Below, one piece after another: positions 25,271-37,548 of a DNA stretch of 64,000 bases. How positions within the stretch are numbered: position 1 is the stretch's first letter; each line of letters opens with the position of its first letter. Under the pieces are notes generated by a model. The model did not search any database. It was not told the DNA's origin and saw nothing but the letters and a program-made list of their open reading frames with translations. The stretch is from Podarcis erhardii (Eukaryota), in NCBI GenBank assembly GCA_964252035.1, contig OZ176202.1; one strand, given 5' to 3'. A program made the position numbers and the translations under genes.

Positions 25271-26375
25271 GTAAACAACTTGAAATATTTTTGTCCGCAT
25301 ACATTTTTGGGTGAAAACCAATCTTAAATCTCCATGCTTTCTAGAAATTGTGTTGGAATAAACATAGTACAGCCTAATTCACTCATTATTCTTTCTCTGA
25401 AGGAGAGGCTTATAAAATCCTTAAAGTCTAGTACAATGCAGTCCTGTGGATGTCTACTCAGAAAGTCTCACTAATGGGGCTTACTGTTGGACAAATTTGC
25501 ATTGGACTGCAGTGTTAAGTGTGTGGAAGGTTGTTCCCCAGAAGTAATGAGAGCACAGACTATTTCTTAATCTGTTTCCTTCTGTGTTAAATTTGAGGAA
25601 TGACAGTAACCTGTTGAAAGGACAAAACAGTCAAGATTGTCAGGCGTTTTGAAGATTAGATTAAAACATTTTCTATGGGTTGGTACTGTTTGGCAAACGT
25701 ATATTGAGTCTGACCTCTGATCCATCTGGCCTAGTACTGCCTGCTCTGACTGGCAGCAGCTCTGCAGATACCCGCTGCATAATATCCTTTTAGCTGGAGA
25801 TGCTGGGGTTGAACATAGAACACAATGCATACAACACCTGTGCTTTTGCCATGACTATGTACTTCCCCAACCTGGATAGGAGTGAGAATACTGCATTTCA
25901 TTTCTTTTGGCCCAGTAAATACAGATTGTGTGGCAACTCTGTTCATTTGTTAATTTCACTGGCTTGGAAGGAGCTGTAATTCAAGTGATTCCTAATTCAT
26001 CTCTCATTCAGAGGCCCCGGGCAAGCCACTTTCATTTCACAGAGATACTACCACCTCAGTATTAATTCACCTTAAGAAGGAAGCAGGAGGTGCTTCATAG
26101 TTTAGCCTCTGTCTGAGCTTGTCTTCAAAGAACCTTCCTCCTAGTAAATAAGAAAGGAGAGTGTCCAGTGACTAAAGCCCCATTTGACCAGCACACAGCA
26201 GGCAAATTCACAGTTAAGTCCAAATTCTCAATTCACTTCCCTTCACCCAATTTCATCCATCTGGGATTAGGGGCATGACTTCGAGATCATATTCCGGCAG
26301 CTTTGAATCCATGCAGTAAGCATATGAGAAGTTAAGCACTGATTGTTCTCATACAACTTCTCTCTCTTTCTGGAG

Positions 26376-26570
26376 TTTCAGACCGCCGTGGCTCAGGTAA
26401 ACCCCGACCAAAGAGTGAAGGATTTGAGCTATATAACAACTCCGCTCAGAATGGATCCCCTGAGAGCCCCCAGTTGCCTTGGACAGAATATAATGAACCA
26501 AAGAAATTGCCAGGGGATGACAGACTGATGAAAAACCGAGCTGATCACCGATCTAGTCCCAATGTAGCAA
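26376..26570 (+). CDS. AFDN: Afadin exon (V)SDRRGSGKPRPKSEG...RSSPNVA(N)
   Basis: gAG acceptor at 26374-5 (alternative in-frame cAG at 26380-1); A|GTAAGC donor; phase 1/1. Confidence 0.93.
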
Positions 26571-26871
26571 GTAAGCAGGAAATGGTTTAAAAATGTTTAT
26601 ATGGACCATGTTTCTGTAGAGGACTGAAATGCTCTGAAAATGAATGGAATAAAAATTTGATAGTTAGCTACAGGGGCTAAATTCTAAAGAATATAGGCCT
26701 GTGTAGGCCTCCACAGATGTTATGAAACACCCAACACATTACATCAGATTGTGAGACCTCACAGGCCATCATTCAGCTTGTAAGTGCCTGGGACAAGAGG
26801 TGAGCCAAAGAAGAAATCAGAGGCTTTCAGGAACCTGCTGTAGTGGGTATATGTTTATGTAAAATTATGTA

Positions 26872-27113
26872 CAGTGGTATCTCAGGTTACAAACGCTTTG
26901 GGTTACAAATGCTTCAGGTTACAGACTCCGCTAACCCAGAAATAGTACCTCGGATTAAGAACTTTACTTCAGGATGAGAACAGAAATCGGGCAGCAGCAG
27001 CACGGCAGCAGCGGGAGGCTGCATTAGCTAAAGTGGTACCTCAGGTTAAGAACAGTTTCAGATTAAGAACAGACCTCCTGAACGAATTAAGTTCTTAACC
27101 CGAGGTACCACTG
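26872..27113. mobile_element. Tigger/pogo-like MITE
   Basis: TA|cagtggtatctc...cgaggtaccactg|TA terminal inverted repeats with TA duplication. Confidence 0.85.
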
Positions 27114-27429
27114 TACTGAGACCCCTAAGTACATGCATACATCATTTGATTTGTATGTTGCTTTTCCATAGTTAAAACTATGCTCAAGGCAGCTTACAAT
27201 ATGAAGAAATATGCATAATATAACAAAAATACAGTAGTCATAAATATGTACAGTAGGCTAGTTATTCCACCCCTGAATAGCTAGCTGTGAAACAAATTAT
27301 GTATACTATTCTTCTTACATTATTTAAGAGGAGCAAACAAGTTTATCAGCCTTGTTATTTCTCTTAGTTTGAATTAGTTCTCTTGTGTAGGCTAACAAAG
27401 ATGGTTTAAATTTTTTCCCCCCTCAACAG

Positions 27430-27521
27430 ACCAGCCTCCAAGTCCTGGGACCAAGAATGCATATGCAGCTGGAACCACTAACAAGATAACATCAGTGTCT
27501 ACGGGAAATCTTTGCACAGAG
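27430..27521 (+). CDS. AFDN: Afadin exon QPPSPGTKNAYAAGTTNKITSVSTGNLCTE
   Basis: acAG acceptor, GAG|GTTAGA donor; 92 nt, phase 1 to 0. Confidence 0.96.
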
Positions 27522-27618
27522 GTTAGAAGTAGCAAGCAAAAAAACATTTACCATATATAACAGTGTAGTGTGTTTTAATAGGTACAAAAGTGTAAATGAT
27601 CTTTCTATATTTATACAG

Positions 27619-27807
27619 GAACAGATACTACCATCCAGACCTGAAGCATATCCTATCCCAACACAAACTTACACCAGAGAATATTTCACATTCCCAGCCT
27701 CCAAATCCCAGGATCGAATGGGTCCTGCTCAGAATCAGTGGTCGAGTTATGAAGAGAAACCCCAAATTCCACCTGAAAGTAATCATTATATCAGTGTGGC
27801 AATGCAG
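27619..27807 (+). CDS. AFDN: Afadin exon EQILPSRPEAYPIPTQTYTREYFTFP...SVAMQ
   Basis: tacAG acceptor, CAG|GTTAGA donor; 189 nt, phase 0/0. Confidence 0.96.
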
Positions 27808-29206
27808 GTTAGAAATTTGCTTTTATCAACTAAGTTAACTGAATGGTTTTGGTGTTGTGGTATAGAATAATAAGATTATTGGTCCCCTAATATTTAGTAC
27901 TTGTAAAAATATCTCTGGTTTGTTACAGCTGCTATTTGTTATTTGGTTAGCTTTAAAATTGGAAATTAAAGGTTCGCAATATATCTAAATTTCTAAGAAA
28001 AGGTCCATACATACTGGCATCTTGTATGAAAACTTGACAATATATATTTAGAGCTGATGTTTGAAACATAGCAATAGTAAATAATATTGGGAACATTACT
28101 TTTGCCAAAGGTTTGTGTCTTAAGAGTGACTGTAAATGCAGTTTAGTATTCAAAGACTGCATTAACTATTGTCAAACCATAAAATGCTTGTTTAAGTTGT
28201 GTTCGCTTTTAAATACCCAAGTCATTAGCAATCTGCTAGTAGCGTTTTCACAGTGCATCTTACACAAGTTGCTTTGTGTTCAGTGCTTCTGGACTAATAG
28301 AGCATAAGAAATGCTTTCATTCCAAACAATGCATTCTTTCTAGGTCATGGTTAAGGTCATTGATAGAGAAGCACCAAATAAGTTGCCTTTGTTCATAGTT
28401 TCTAACTACGATTCTTTTGCATCTGGTCAACTTTGTGCCTAAAATAAATCTTGGAAGGAACACTTAAGGAATTTTGAATTAAAATTAAAATTTATAGATG
28501 GTTTCATTGGAGCTTCTAAGGTATGTGGTGCCTTATTATCAAATGGTATTACATGCTGTGCAATGGTTGTGTTTTTCACTTAATGCTGGAGAACTTCACA
28601 GTGATCTAATCAAAATGCAGCATATCTGTGAAGATGGAATATTTTACCAGGAATTTAATGATCAGATGTTTTCCTACCCTATATAACTATGAGAAGGAGT
28701 GGGGAAATACAGTAAAGTGAACAGATGGTTCCACTTCCTGTGCTGCTCTTAGGGTTAATTGTGATTATAATAAAAGCTTGTCACAGCAGTTGGAGGCAGG
28801 ACTAGATAAGTTACTGTGCTTCAGTTCTTCTTGTAAGCTGCTAGCCCGACATCTTCTATGGGAATACGTTTCAGAGCTGGAAGTAGTTTCAGTTTGGCAT
28901 TGTTGTGAGTTCTGTGTGAGAATGGGTATACAGCCTAAATGAGGTTGCTGTTCTTTCTCCTCCCAAAGTAATTTCGTAATCGTGTATCAAAGCTCACAGA
29001 CCTCTAGAGCTTGCATAACTTGTTTGGAATGAAAGCCTGTATGCAGTACTTGGAACTGTTGCAACATGCTGTTTATGAAAGTGTTGATTTTACAGGAAAG
29101 TGAGTAAGCATTTCATCATCACTCTAGAATGCTATAAACTGTCATTTAGTAATTTTTTTTCTGTATATGAATTCTAACATGTGAAAACTTTTTTTCCTTC
29201 TTCAAG

Positions 29207-30235
29207 CGTGTAACACGTTCTCAGGAGGAACTACGAGATGATAAAGTTTATCAGCCAGAAAGGAGTCGACTAGAAGTTGCCATACGAAAAGATGTGGAAT
29301 ATATTGATCGCAAATCAGACAGTGATCCATGGATGAATTCTTCTGTGGATTCTAGCACATCAAGCCAAGAGCATCTAAACCATTCCTCTAAATCTATTCC
29401 CCCTGGTTCTTCTTTAACCAAAACTGGACCTGGTCGCTGGAAAACTCCTATTGTTTCTCAACCAGTATCACTAGTGACTTCCCAGTCCACCAGAACAGAC
29501 CTCCCTCCCCCTCCCCCTCCTCCACCAGTGCACTATGCAACTGACTTTGATGGGCTGCAAATGGATTTGCCTCTTCCGCCCCCGCCGCCACCTCCAAGCC
29601 AGTTGGGGCCACAGTCATCATCTCAGGTTGCTGCTGCAGAACGCAAAAAGAGAGAAGAACATCAAAGGTGGTATGAAAAAGAGAAAGCCCGTTTAGAGGA
29701 AGAGCGAGACAGGAAGCGTCGGGAGCAGGAAAGAAAACTGGGGCAAATGCGTTCTCAGCCACTAATTCCTGCGCAGTCCCTACTTCCTCCAGTTTCAGTT
29801 CAGCAGGTGAAACCAGAAAAGCCTTCAACATTGCAGAGACCCCAGGAAACCGTCATTAGAGAATTACAGCCCCAGCAGCAACCCCGAACCATTGAGCGAA
29901 GAGATCTGCAGTACATCACCATCAGCAAAGAAGAGTTGTCCTCTACTGATAGTTTATCTCCTGACCCTTGGAAACGAGATGCGAAGGAGAAGCTGGAGAA
30001 GCAGCAGCAGATGCACATTGCAGACATGCTGAGCAAAGAGATTCAGGATCTTCAGAATAAGCCAGATAGAACAGCTGAAGAGAATGACCGCCTGCGCAAG
30101 CTCATGCTGGAGTGGCAGTTCCAGAAACGACTCCAAGAGTCAAAGCAAAAAGATGATGATGAGGATGATGAAGAAGATGATGATATTGATACTATGCTGA
30201 TTATGCAGCGACTGGAAGCTGAGAGAAGAGCAAGG
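29207..30235 (+). CDS. AFDN: Afadin large exon RVTRSQEELR...RLEAERRAR (proline-rich regions, coiled coil)
   Basis: ttcaAG acceptor, AGG|GTAAAA donor; 1029 nt open frame (343 codons); strong afadin similarity. Confidence 0.97.
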
Positions 30236-31684
30236 GTAAAATGAGAGAATCCTTTTAATAAGCTGTTTGTATTCTAAAATGTCTGTTAGCCTAAAAAAAA
30301 AACCCCACCTTAGATATCACCACAGGATAAAGGAGGACTGGACTCTCTTATTGTCCCTGTCTTTCATTGTATATAATGAAGTTTGGTCTAATCTGTTTTG
30401 ACTTTGTCCAAGTAAGTGGTGTATTATAAGCTACTAACTGGAAAGCTTGAGCTGAAGATAGCTCTATTTCCAGTTCCCTCCCTACCCCCAGCCCCCCAAA
30501 TAGCAAGGGAATGACAGGAAAATTAGACATCCTTTCTAATAAATAGATGTTGATCCCTGCTTTGTTTAAGTCTAGTATATGATTGCATACATATATAGTT
30601 GTCCATAAGGGCAAAAAGTGAAGGACTGTCACCTGTATTTTTTTTAAGTAAGCCTAGTTTTAATTCTGCTTGATTTTTATACATTCATGAAGCCAATGCC
30701 ACAACATATTTTATGTTCATGTTTCATCTGTCAAAATGCATAGCATGATTTGGATTTTTAATTCCACAAGAGTGATGATGTGGTTCTTTTATTGGTGAAA
30801 ACACAAAACTACAGAAACTGATTAAAAATGTACAGAAACTTTTTTCATGCAGCAGCATATAAACTAACTCAATGATCGTATACTTGACAGTGATGAAAGT
30901 TAAAAGTGGTGCAATTCTTTATTTAAAGATTTGTAAATAATTGGTCTATAACTTATGCTACTTTTGCCACAGTGAAAAGCATTTGCTTTCCAGGGCAACC
31001 ATTTTATGCATTTTCTCAATGAAAGCATTGCTTTATTTTTATTTTTCTGTTGTGGCTCACTGCAACTTAAATCAGTTTCTTAAAGCTAAGTGTGTCCGCA
31101 ACAGATTCATTATATGGTATCTTGTGGTTGCTGCCTCTTGTTTTGTCACACAGCTTTATTAACTACAGTAATATATCATTTAAAAACAAAATTATTTATT
31201 TTGGGTTATCTAACACATTAATCTTGTTCTTTTAAAACCTGCATTATAATTCTTTGTTAGGTGGTCATCTCTGTTGCATAACATCTAAATCATTCCTTTC
31301 CACTAGGACTGATAAATTTACATTTTGTACGTTTTAGAAATATTATCCCCCATCTCTAATAACCAAATATTTTTAAAATGAGGTAACTAATTGGCTGTGG
31401 TTTTTGCAATAAAAATTGTATAGCTCTTTATCCACTTACAGATGGACTGTGTGTTCTATCTTAAAGGACACAGTTTACAGAAATAACTTGCTTTTTAAAA
31501 CTATTTTTTACTGATTTATTTAGACATGTTCACCATTTCCACATTAGCTTATCAAACAGTGCTTTTCATTTTTCCTTTTATACAGCTGTAGTAACAAATC
31601 AAAGTGCTTTTGGCATAGTGCAAATCTAAATTTATCCTTATTTTCACTGAGCATCTTTCTTTTTCCTTCTCTTACTACCTGCAG

Positions 31685-31720
31685 CAGACTGCTATGCCAG
31701 CAATCTCTGTTCTAGATTTG
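31685..31720 (+). CDS. AFDN: Afadin alternative microexon (Q)TAMPAISVLDL with NAGNAG acceptor
   Basis: Long pyrimidine tract, CAGCAG acceptor (starts 31685 or 31688), TTG|GTATGT donor; phase 0/0; peptide recalled from rodent l-afadin. Confidence 0.9.
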
Positions 31721-33735
31721 GTATGTTCTTATTTCTTTCTCTTCAATGCCTTTTTCTTACTGCTTTTTATCCTTTTCTTCTTTTTAATTAATAATGATCC
31801 AATATGCATTGGATATTGCTTTCTAAGTGCTTTATGGCAGGGTGTAATGTGTTAAAGGGCTTTAAGCAAGCACACAGCCGTTGCTTGAGGTATGTTCCTA
31901 GCTTTTCCCCACTCCTGCCTTTATTCTTTAAAAGTTGTGTTCTGTTTGCATCTTTGAATTGTTTGCAGCTGTGTCCGACCATTTATAGGAATAATATATC
32001 TAACATTTTCCAAAAATAACCCTTAGCTTTGATAAACATTATATGTAGCTGGGACTGAATGGCTCCCTTCTTTTTTATTGTTGTTACTCCCATGTCCCGC
32101 AAACCATAGATTTAATTAAATTTATTCTAACCATTTCAATATTCAACTTCTAAACCATTTATTGTTTCTTACTCCCATAATGGATAGTTTGGCATTCACA
32201 TTAATTTCCTAGAAACTATTTGCTTTAGCGCTTTGCTTTTTGGAATGCTACCTTGAAGTAAAAAGTTTGGAACTCATTTATAATTATTCTAAATATCTAT
32301 ATAAAAATAACCCCTTAGTTGATCAGTAAGGGATATGCTGCTAGTAAGTAGCAATATTGTGTCAGAAGCTAACAGTATTATAATATAGACAGAACTATGC
32401 ATCTCAGCAGGCTTCCCATGATATATAGCTGTTTTATGAGGCAGAAATGAGGTTCTCTGTACCCTGATCACCTGATCATTTCTTACTTCTCTTTGCCCTG
32501 TGATACAGCTTGTGATCTGGTTGGCACATTGTAGTTTCCTTTCACCTGCATTTTTTATTTTTATTTTTCCTCAAACAAAACCAGTGTATAGATGTTAAAA
32601 TAACTCTCAAGCTATAGAAAATTTTCTGTTTCTGGATTTTTGAACACAATCTAACCTATGTCACTCCACATATTTAAAGGGAAGAGATGAAGGATATAAA
32701 ATAGAATTATAGTTAAAAACTTTTGTCTCCCTATCCCATTTAATTTCTCTTGAAGCTTCTCTTTAGAGTAACACCACTTTGACATTTTGACATTCACAAT
32801 TTGAGTCTCTTCAGCAGTGTGGGACATAGTCCAGTAGTTCTCCTTTATTCTTTCATGAAATTTTCTGACAGGTTCTTAACTAGATAATATCCACATATCT
32901 CTTCAAGGACACTTTCTGAAATCATTTTACTTCTGTAAAATCTTCCCAGTAATGTAAGATGATCTGTTGTACAGAAATAGGCCCTCCTTGAACATGAGTG
33001 AATACTTTTGCACTTACCATGCACTTTATTCACATGATTTTTTCCATGTTAAATGACTGCAAATGGTTCCTTCAGTATGGAAATCCTTATGCAATGTCAA
33101 GAAGAACCAAATATATTACTCTAAATAGCTATTCACTTGGGCAGGCTGTCAAGGCCAGATCGATTCTAGTGCCATTTTTAAAAACTAAATGGGCAAAGGG
33201 ATCTTTGCCTTTTGACTTGCATACCTGGTGGACAAACACATGTAATTCTTGTTTTTTTAACAAGTTTTTTTTCCTAATTTACACTGTAAAGTACATAGCT
33301 GGGTTTTTTAGTAGGATTAGTGTCATTTTCAAAAGCTGAGTAGAGCTAGAAGCAAACCTTCCCTCCAACACTCTATGCCTGCTGACCCACAGACCAGTTG
33401 GAGAGGGGGCAGGCAAGTGAGAGGAAAGAGATAGATTTACCAAAATATTGTACACATCTACATTTACACTATAAATGTATTTCACTGCTCATTCAGTTAG
33501 CTCATCAGCACTTCAGGAAAGGGGTTGCTAATCTTCTGTGCTCCAGATGTTGTTGAATTGCAGCTCCCATCACTTGTACCCATTAGCCACACTGGCCGAG
33601 GCTGATGGAGGTGTAATCCAGCAACATCTGGTAGACCATAGTGTAGCAATCCCTGGTTTAAATTGAGGTGAAATTAGGGGATGAAAAAGTTGAGAGGGAA
33701 TTTTTTGAATTATTATATATAATAAATATATAGAG

Positions 33736-34045
33736 AGAATGGGCCTTTTCTGTGGTGGCTCCTCAGTTGTGGAATGCTCTCTCCAGAGAGGCTCTTCTAG
33801 TGCCATCATTACATGTCTTTAGACACCAGGCAAATTCCTCTTTACCCAGGCCTATGGCTATTAAATAATCTGTGGCCTGTAAAAGTGTGGGGGAGAGGAC
33901 TATTAGTATTATGTTTATTTTACTATTAGGTGCCTGTCAGTATGCTTTTTACTATGTTTTATTATGTTTTAACCATTGGTGTTTTGTAATGTGTTTCTAA
34001 TACTGTACACTGCCCTGAGATCTTTTGATGAAGGGTGGTATAGAT
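33736..34045 (+). mobile_element. Old degraded L2-type 3' end
   Basis: ggccttttctgtggtggctcctcagttgtggaatgctct...ctgccctgagatcttttgatgaagggtggtata. Confidence 0.55.
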
Positions 34046-34875
34046 ATTGACATTACGATGATGATCACTACAGCATTTGTGTGCCTTTTGAACCTTCCAA
34101 ATTCACATTGATTTAAAAGTCCTAATTTTCCCCTGTCCTTATGTTCTGCTTTCAAGTGGACCAGCAATTTCATAAAGAGATGTTGATTTCGAACTGAGAT
34201 TAGCTCTAAGAATTTCACCATTGCAAACGAGTAAAAACCAGCAAGTGCCAGGTTCTTCTTGTGTTTGTATCATTGTGCTCTCCAGCATGGACCTTTGGTA
34301 TCTTCTTTAGTGGGGAGCAGAAACTTGCCCCACATTAGATGTTTGTTTGTGTGGGGAGATGCTGCAAACATCCAGCCATCACAGCAATGTAATGGTATAG
34401 GTGTAAGTTGCTTGCATTCCCTTCCCACAGATGTAGCCAAAGTGTTGCTCTCCAGATGCTGTTGGACTTCAACTCCCATCATGCCTAATTGTGGCCATGC
34501 TGCCTGGGGTTGATGGCAGTTGTAGTATAATGACACCTGAAGGGCATCACATTAACAACCTTCACAAATGACTGAAGTTAAACTGTGGAGAAGAAACATG
34601 CATGTTCTCTAGGGACAGGGGGAAGAAAAGAAATTCCTCTGCACATTTCTTTTCTCTCAGTAAAAAACAGTAGTAATTTTCCAGAGTTTTAAGATGAAAT
34701 ACTGATCCTCATCCCATGACCAAAATTTTCTGCTTTAGCAGTGACAAAATAACACCTGTGTTGGACTATGGGTTTTTAAAAAATGAACAAACCAAGATTT
34801 TCTCGTCAGAATTTCTGTCCCGAGGATTCATTTGCCCTTATTTGGGAAAATAAATTGAAGACAGATCTTTGTTAG

Positions 34876-35010
34876 CTACAGGATGAAGAGCGTAGACGGC
34901 AGCAGCAGTTGGAAGAAATGCGTAAAAGGGAAGCAGAAGACAGGGCTAGGCAAGAAGAAGAGCGCCGGCGCCAAGAGGAGGAGCGGACAAAGCGAGAGGC
35001 TGAACAAAAG
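34876..35010 (+). CDS. AFDN: Afadin exon LQDEERRRQQQLEEMRK...REAEQK
   Basis: gttAG acceptor, AAG|GTTATG donor; 135 nt, phase 0/0. Confidence 0.96.
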
Positions 35011-35287
35011 GTTATGACCCCCTTGAGTGGAGCAAAAAATCTTTGTATGCTTGACTGCTAAGAATTCAATTTTTAGTGAATGGTGGATGGACACCCTATT
35101 TTATGCTACTGTAGAACAGGTTGGCTCTATGCGCATAAACCTTGAGAGTTACTGCATTGCTTGCTACTTTTATAGTGCTTAACAAGTATTGGATGCTATA
35201 TGCTAGCTAAAACCAGTAAGCAGACCCCCATTGGCAGGCTTAATAAATGGCAAGATATATAGGACAAGTGCAGAAATAAATATATTA

Positions 35288-35568
35288 CAGTCATATCTCA
35301 AGTTAAATATGCTTCAGGTTGAGCGTTTTCAGGTTACACTCCGCGGCGACCTGGAAGTGACACGTTCCATTGCTTCTGGGTCGCCGCGGAGCATAACCTG
35401 GAAGTAACGGAACGCGTTACTTCCGGGTTTTGCCACTTGCGCATGCGCAGATGCTGAAAATGACGTCATGCGCAGAAGCGGCGAATCGCAGCAGACGCGG
35501 GTTGCGTTCTACTCAGGATGCAAACGGGGCTCTGGAACGGATCCTGTTCGCATCCAGAGGTACCAGTG
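35288..35568. mobile_element. CpG-rich Tigger-like MITE with internal hairpins
   Basis: TA|cagtcatatctc...gaggtaccagtg|TA; internal inverted ctccgcggcgacc...ggtcgccgcggag. Confidence 0.75.
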
Positions 35569-36000
35569 TACAAGGTTGTTGAATATTTAGTACAATGAGA
35601 GAGATTCAAGATGAAATTCAGTCCAGGTGGTTAGGACAAAAGAATGAAAGTGGCAAAAAGGTTTAAAATGATTTAAAAATTAAGATAAAAAATATTTTAA
35701 AGCTTTTCAAAGGAGGGAAGAGCCATCAGGCAAGGTATGAAGTTGTAGAATTCCATGCGAAAGGCACATAGGTGCTCTTTTCTTCACCTTTCACCTCCCT
35801 CTTGTGTGCAAGTTCTCCATAACCACCCACTGCCAATATGATTCAGAATCTTGTTGGGCCATTCTCACCATAGCTCGCAGGATCCTTAACCGTGTAGTTT
35901 CACTGATTAAAAATTTTGAGCTGTTAGCAACAATCTCATAAGGAGCAGTGCAGATGTAACAACCATGATTTAGGAAGTAGGCTGAATCCCTACTTATGAG

Positions 36001-36289
36001 AGCCAGTGTGGTGTAGTGGTTAAGAGCGGTAGTCTCGTAATCTGGGGAACCGGGTTCGCGTCTCCACTCCTCCACATGCAGCTGCTGGGTGACCTTGGGC
36101 CAGTCACACTTCTCTGAAGTCTCTCAGCCCCACTCACCTCACAGAGTGTTTGTTGTGGGGGAGGAAGGGAAAGGAGAATGTTAGCCGCTTTAAGACTCCT
36201 TAAAGGGAGTGAAAGGCGGGATATCAAATCCAAACTACTACTCTTCTTCTTCTTCTTCTTCTTCTTCTTCTTCTTCTTCTTCTTCTTCT
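36001..36289 (+). mobile_element. tRNA-derived SINE with MIR/CORE-like body and (TCT)16 tail
   Basis: A/B-box-like tggtgtagtggttaagagc...gggttcg; gggtgaccttgggccagtcac; microsatellite tail 36242-36289. Confidence 0.8.
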
Positions 36290-37259
36290 ATATGAACAAC
36301 TCTTTCCCATCTCAAAAAACGTTCACTGAACCGGCCTTGTAGTTAACTATGGTTAGCAATGGACAGATGTAAAATTGAACCATGGTTGAATAGCACTTCT
36401 TCAATGGCTCCCTTTACTGTTCCAAAGAATAATTGAGGGAGATAGGGGATTTTTTAATTAGAAAGGAATAAAGGGGTATGGGCTCTTGCCAGGTCCTCAG
36501 TCCATTGTGTGGATTGTCTCTTAAGAGGATGCAGGTAACAAAGCTCATTAAGTATAAAACTTCTCACTATCAGTTGAATGGTAAACTGAATCATAATGTT
36601 TGTTTTCATTGGTCTGGTACGTATGTGCAAGTTAAAGTTTGGCATTAACTTTCACTCTATCTTGAATATATGTTCAGTTTGTTATTTGTCATTAGAGACA
36701 GGAAATACTACTTTCCTTCAGTATCAGCTTGAATAAGAGAGTAATATCTGTTCAATCATTTAAATTCAAAGAAGTTGTACTGTATATACAGTGCTTCACA
36801 CACCTTAAAATACAGTGCAAGAAGCTCTATAGAATTGACAGGGTAGAGCAATACCTAATTTCTAGAGCAGTATACTGTCAAAACAATGAGTGTCAATACA
36901 ATTTTAAAGTGCTAACTTGAAAAGGATGGGTAAACATTTGTGAGCTATTGGTTTTCTTCTCATTAAAAGCAAGGTAGAATTCTACATCAGTTGTATTTAG
37001 CCTTATGTGTGCACCGTTCCTTTAAACTCTATGCAATGTTTGGTAATGTTTAAGTTTAATTTTCTCTGTGAAAATATATACCATGTCTTAAGTGCAAAGA
37101 TTACTCGACATTTGAAGAAGCTTGTAAATAATGTATAATAGTAAGCATTGCAAATTTACTGGGTATAAGAGACGAAATTGTAACTGAGTTTTATTTTGTT
37201 GGTATAAAAATGGCCTTCTCCAACGTTTGTTTGACCATTTGTTTCCTTTGGGCCCACAG

Positions 37260-37548
37260 AGGCGACAAGAAGAAGAATATTACAATCGCTTGGAAGCTGA
37301 AAGGCGCCGTCAGCATGATGAGGCAGATCGGAGATTGCTGGAGCCCGATGAGCCTGGTCTGTACAGACCTCCGCTTCCACGGGAATATGAATTCCCACCC
37401 TTGCCCCCTTCATCTAATGCTCCTCCTCCCCCACCTCAGCGAAACACCTCTTACCTCAAAACACAGGTCCTCTCCCCAGATACGCTTTATACTGCCAAGT
37501 TTGTTTCATACAATGATGAGGAGGAGGAGGACTCCTGTCTAGCAGCAG
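37260..37548 (+). CDS. AFDN: Afadin exon RRQEEEYYNRLE...EEEEDSCLAA (extendable in frame to 37773 or to the stop at 37916)
   Basis: cacAG acceptor, G|GTCAGG donor; 289 nt, phase 0 to 1; includes PPPPPQRN and LSPD motifs. Confidence 0.95.

Noticed and set aside
29448-30136. Minus-strand ORFs of 60-127 aa
   Set aside because: Antisense shadows of the large AFDN exon.
36001-36070. tRNA-like heads (also 12921, 21060-21120) as tRNA genes
   Set aside because: They are SINE 5' regions continuing into SINE bodies and tails, without a complete cloverleaf.
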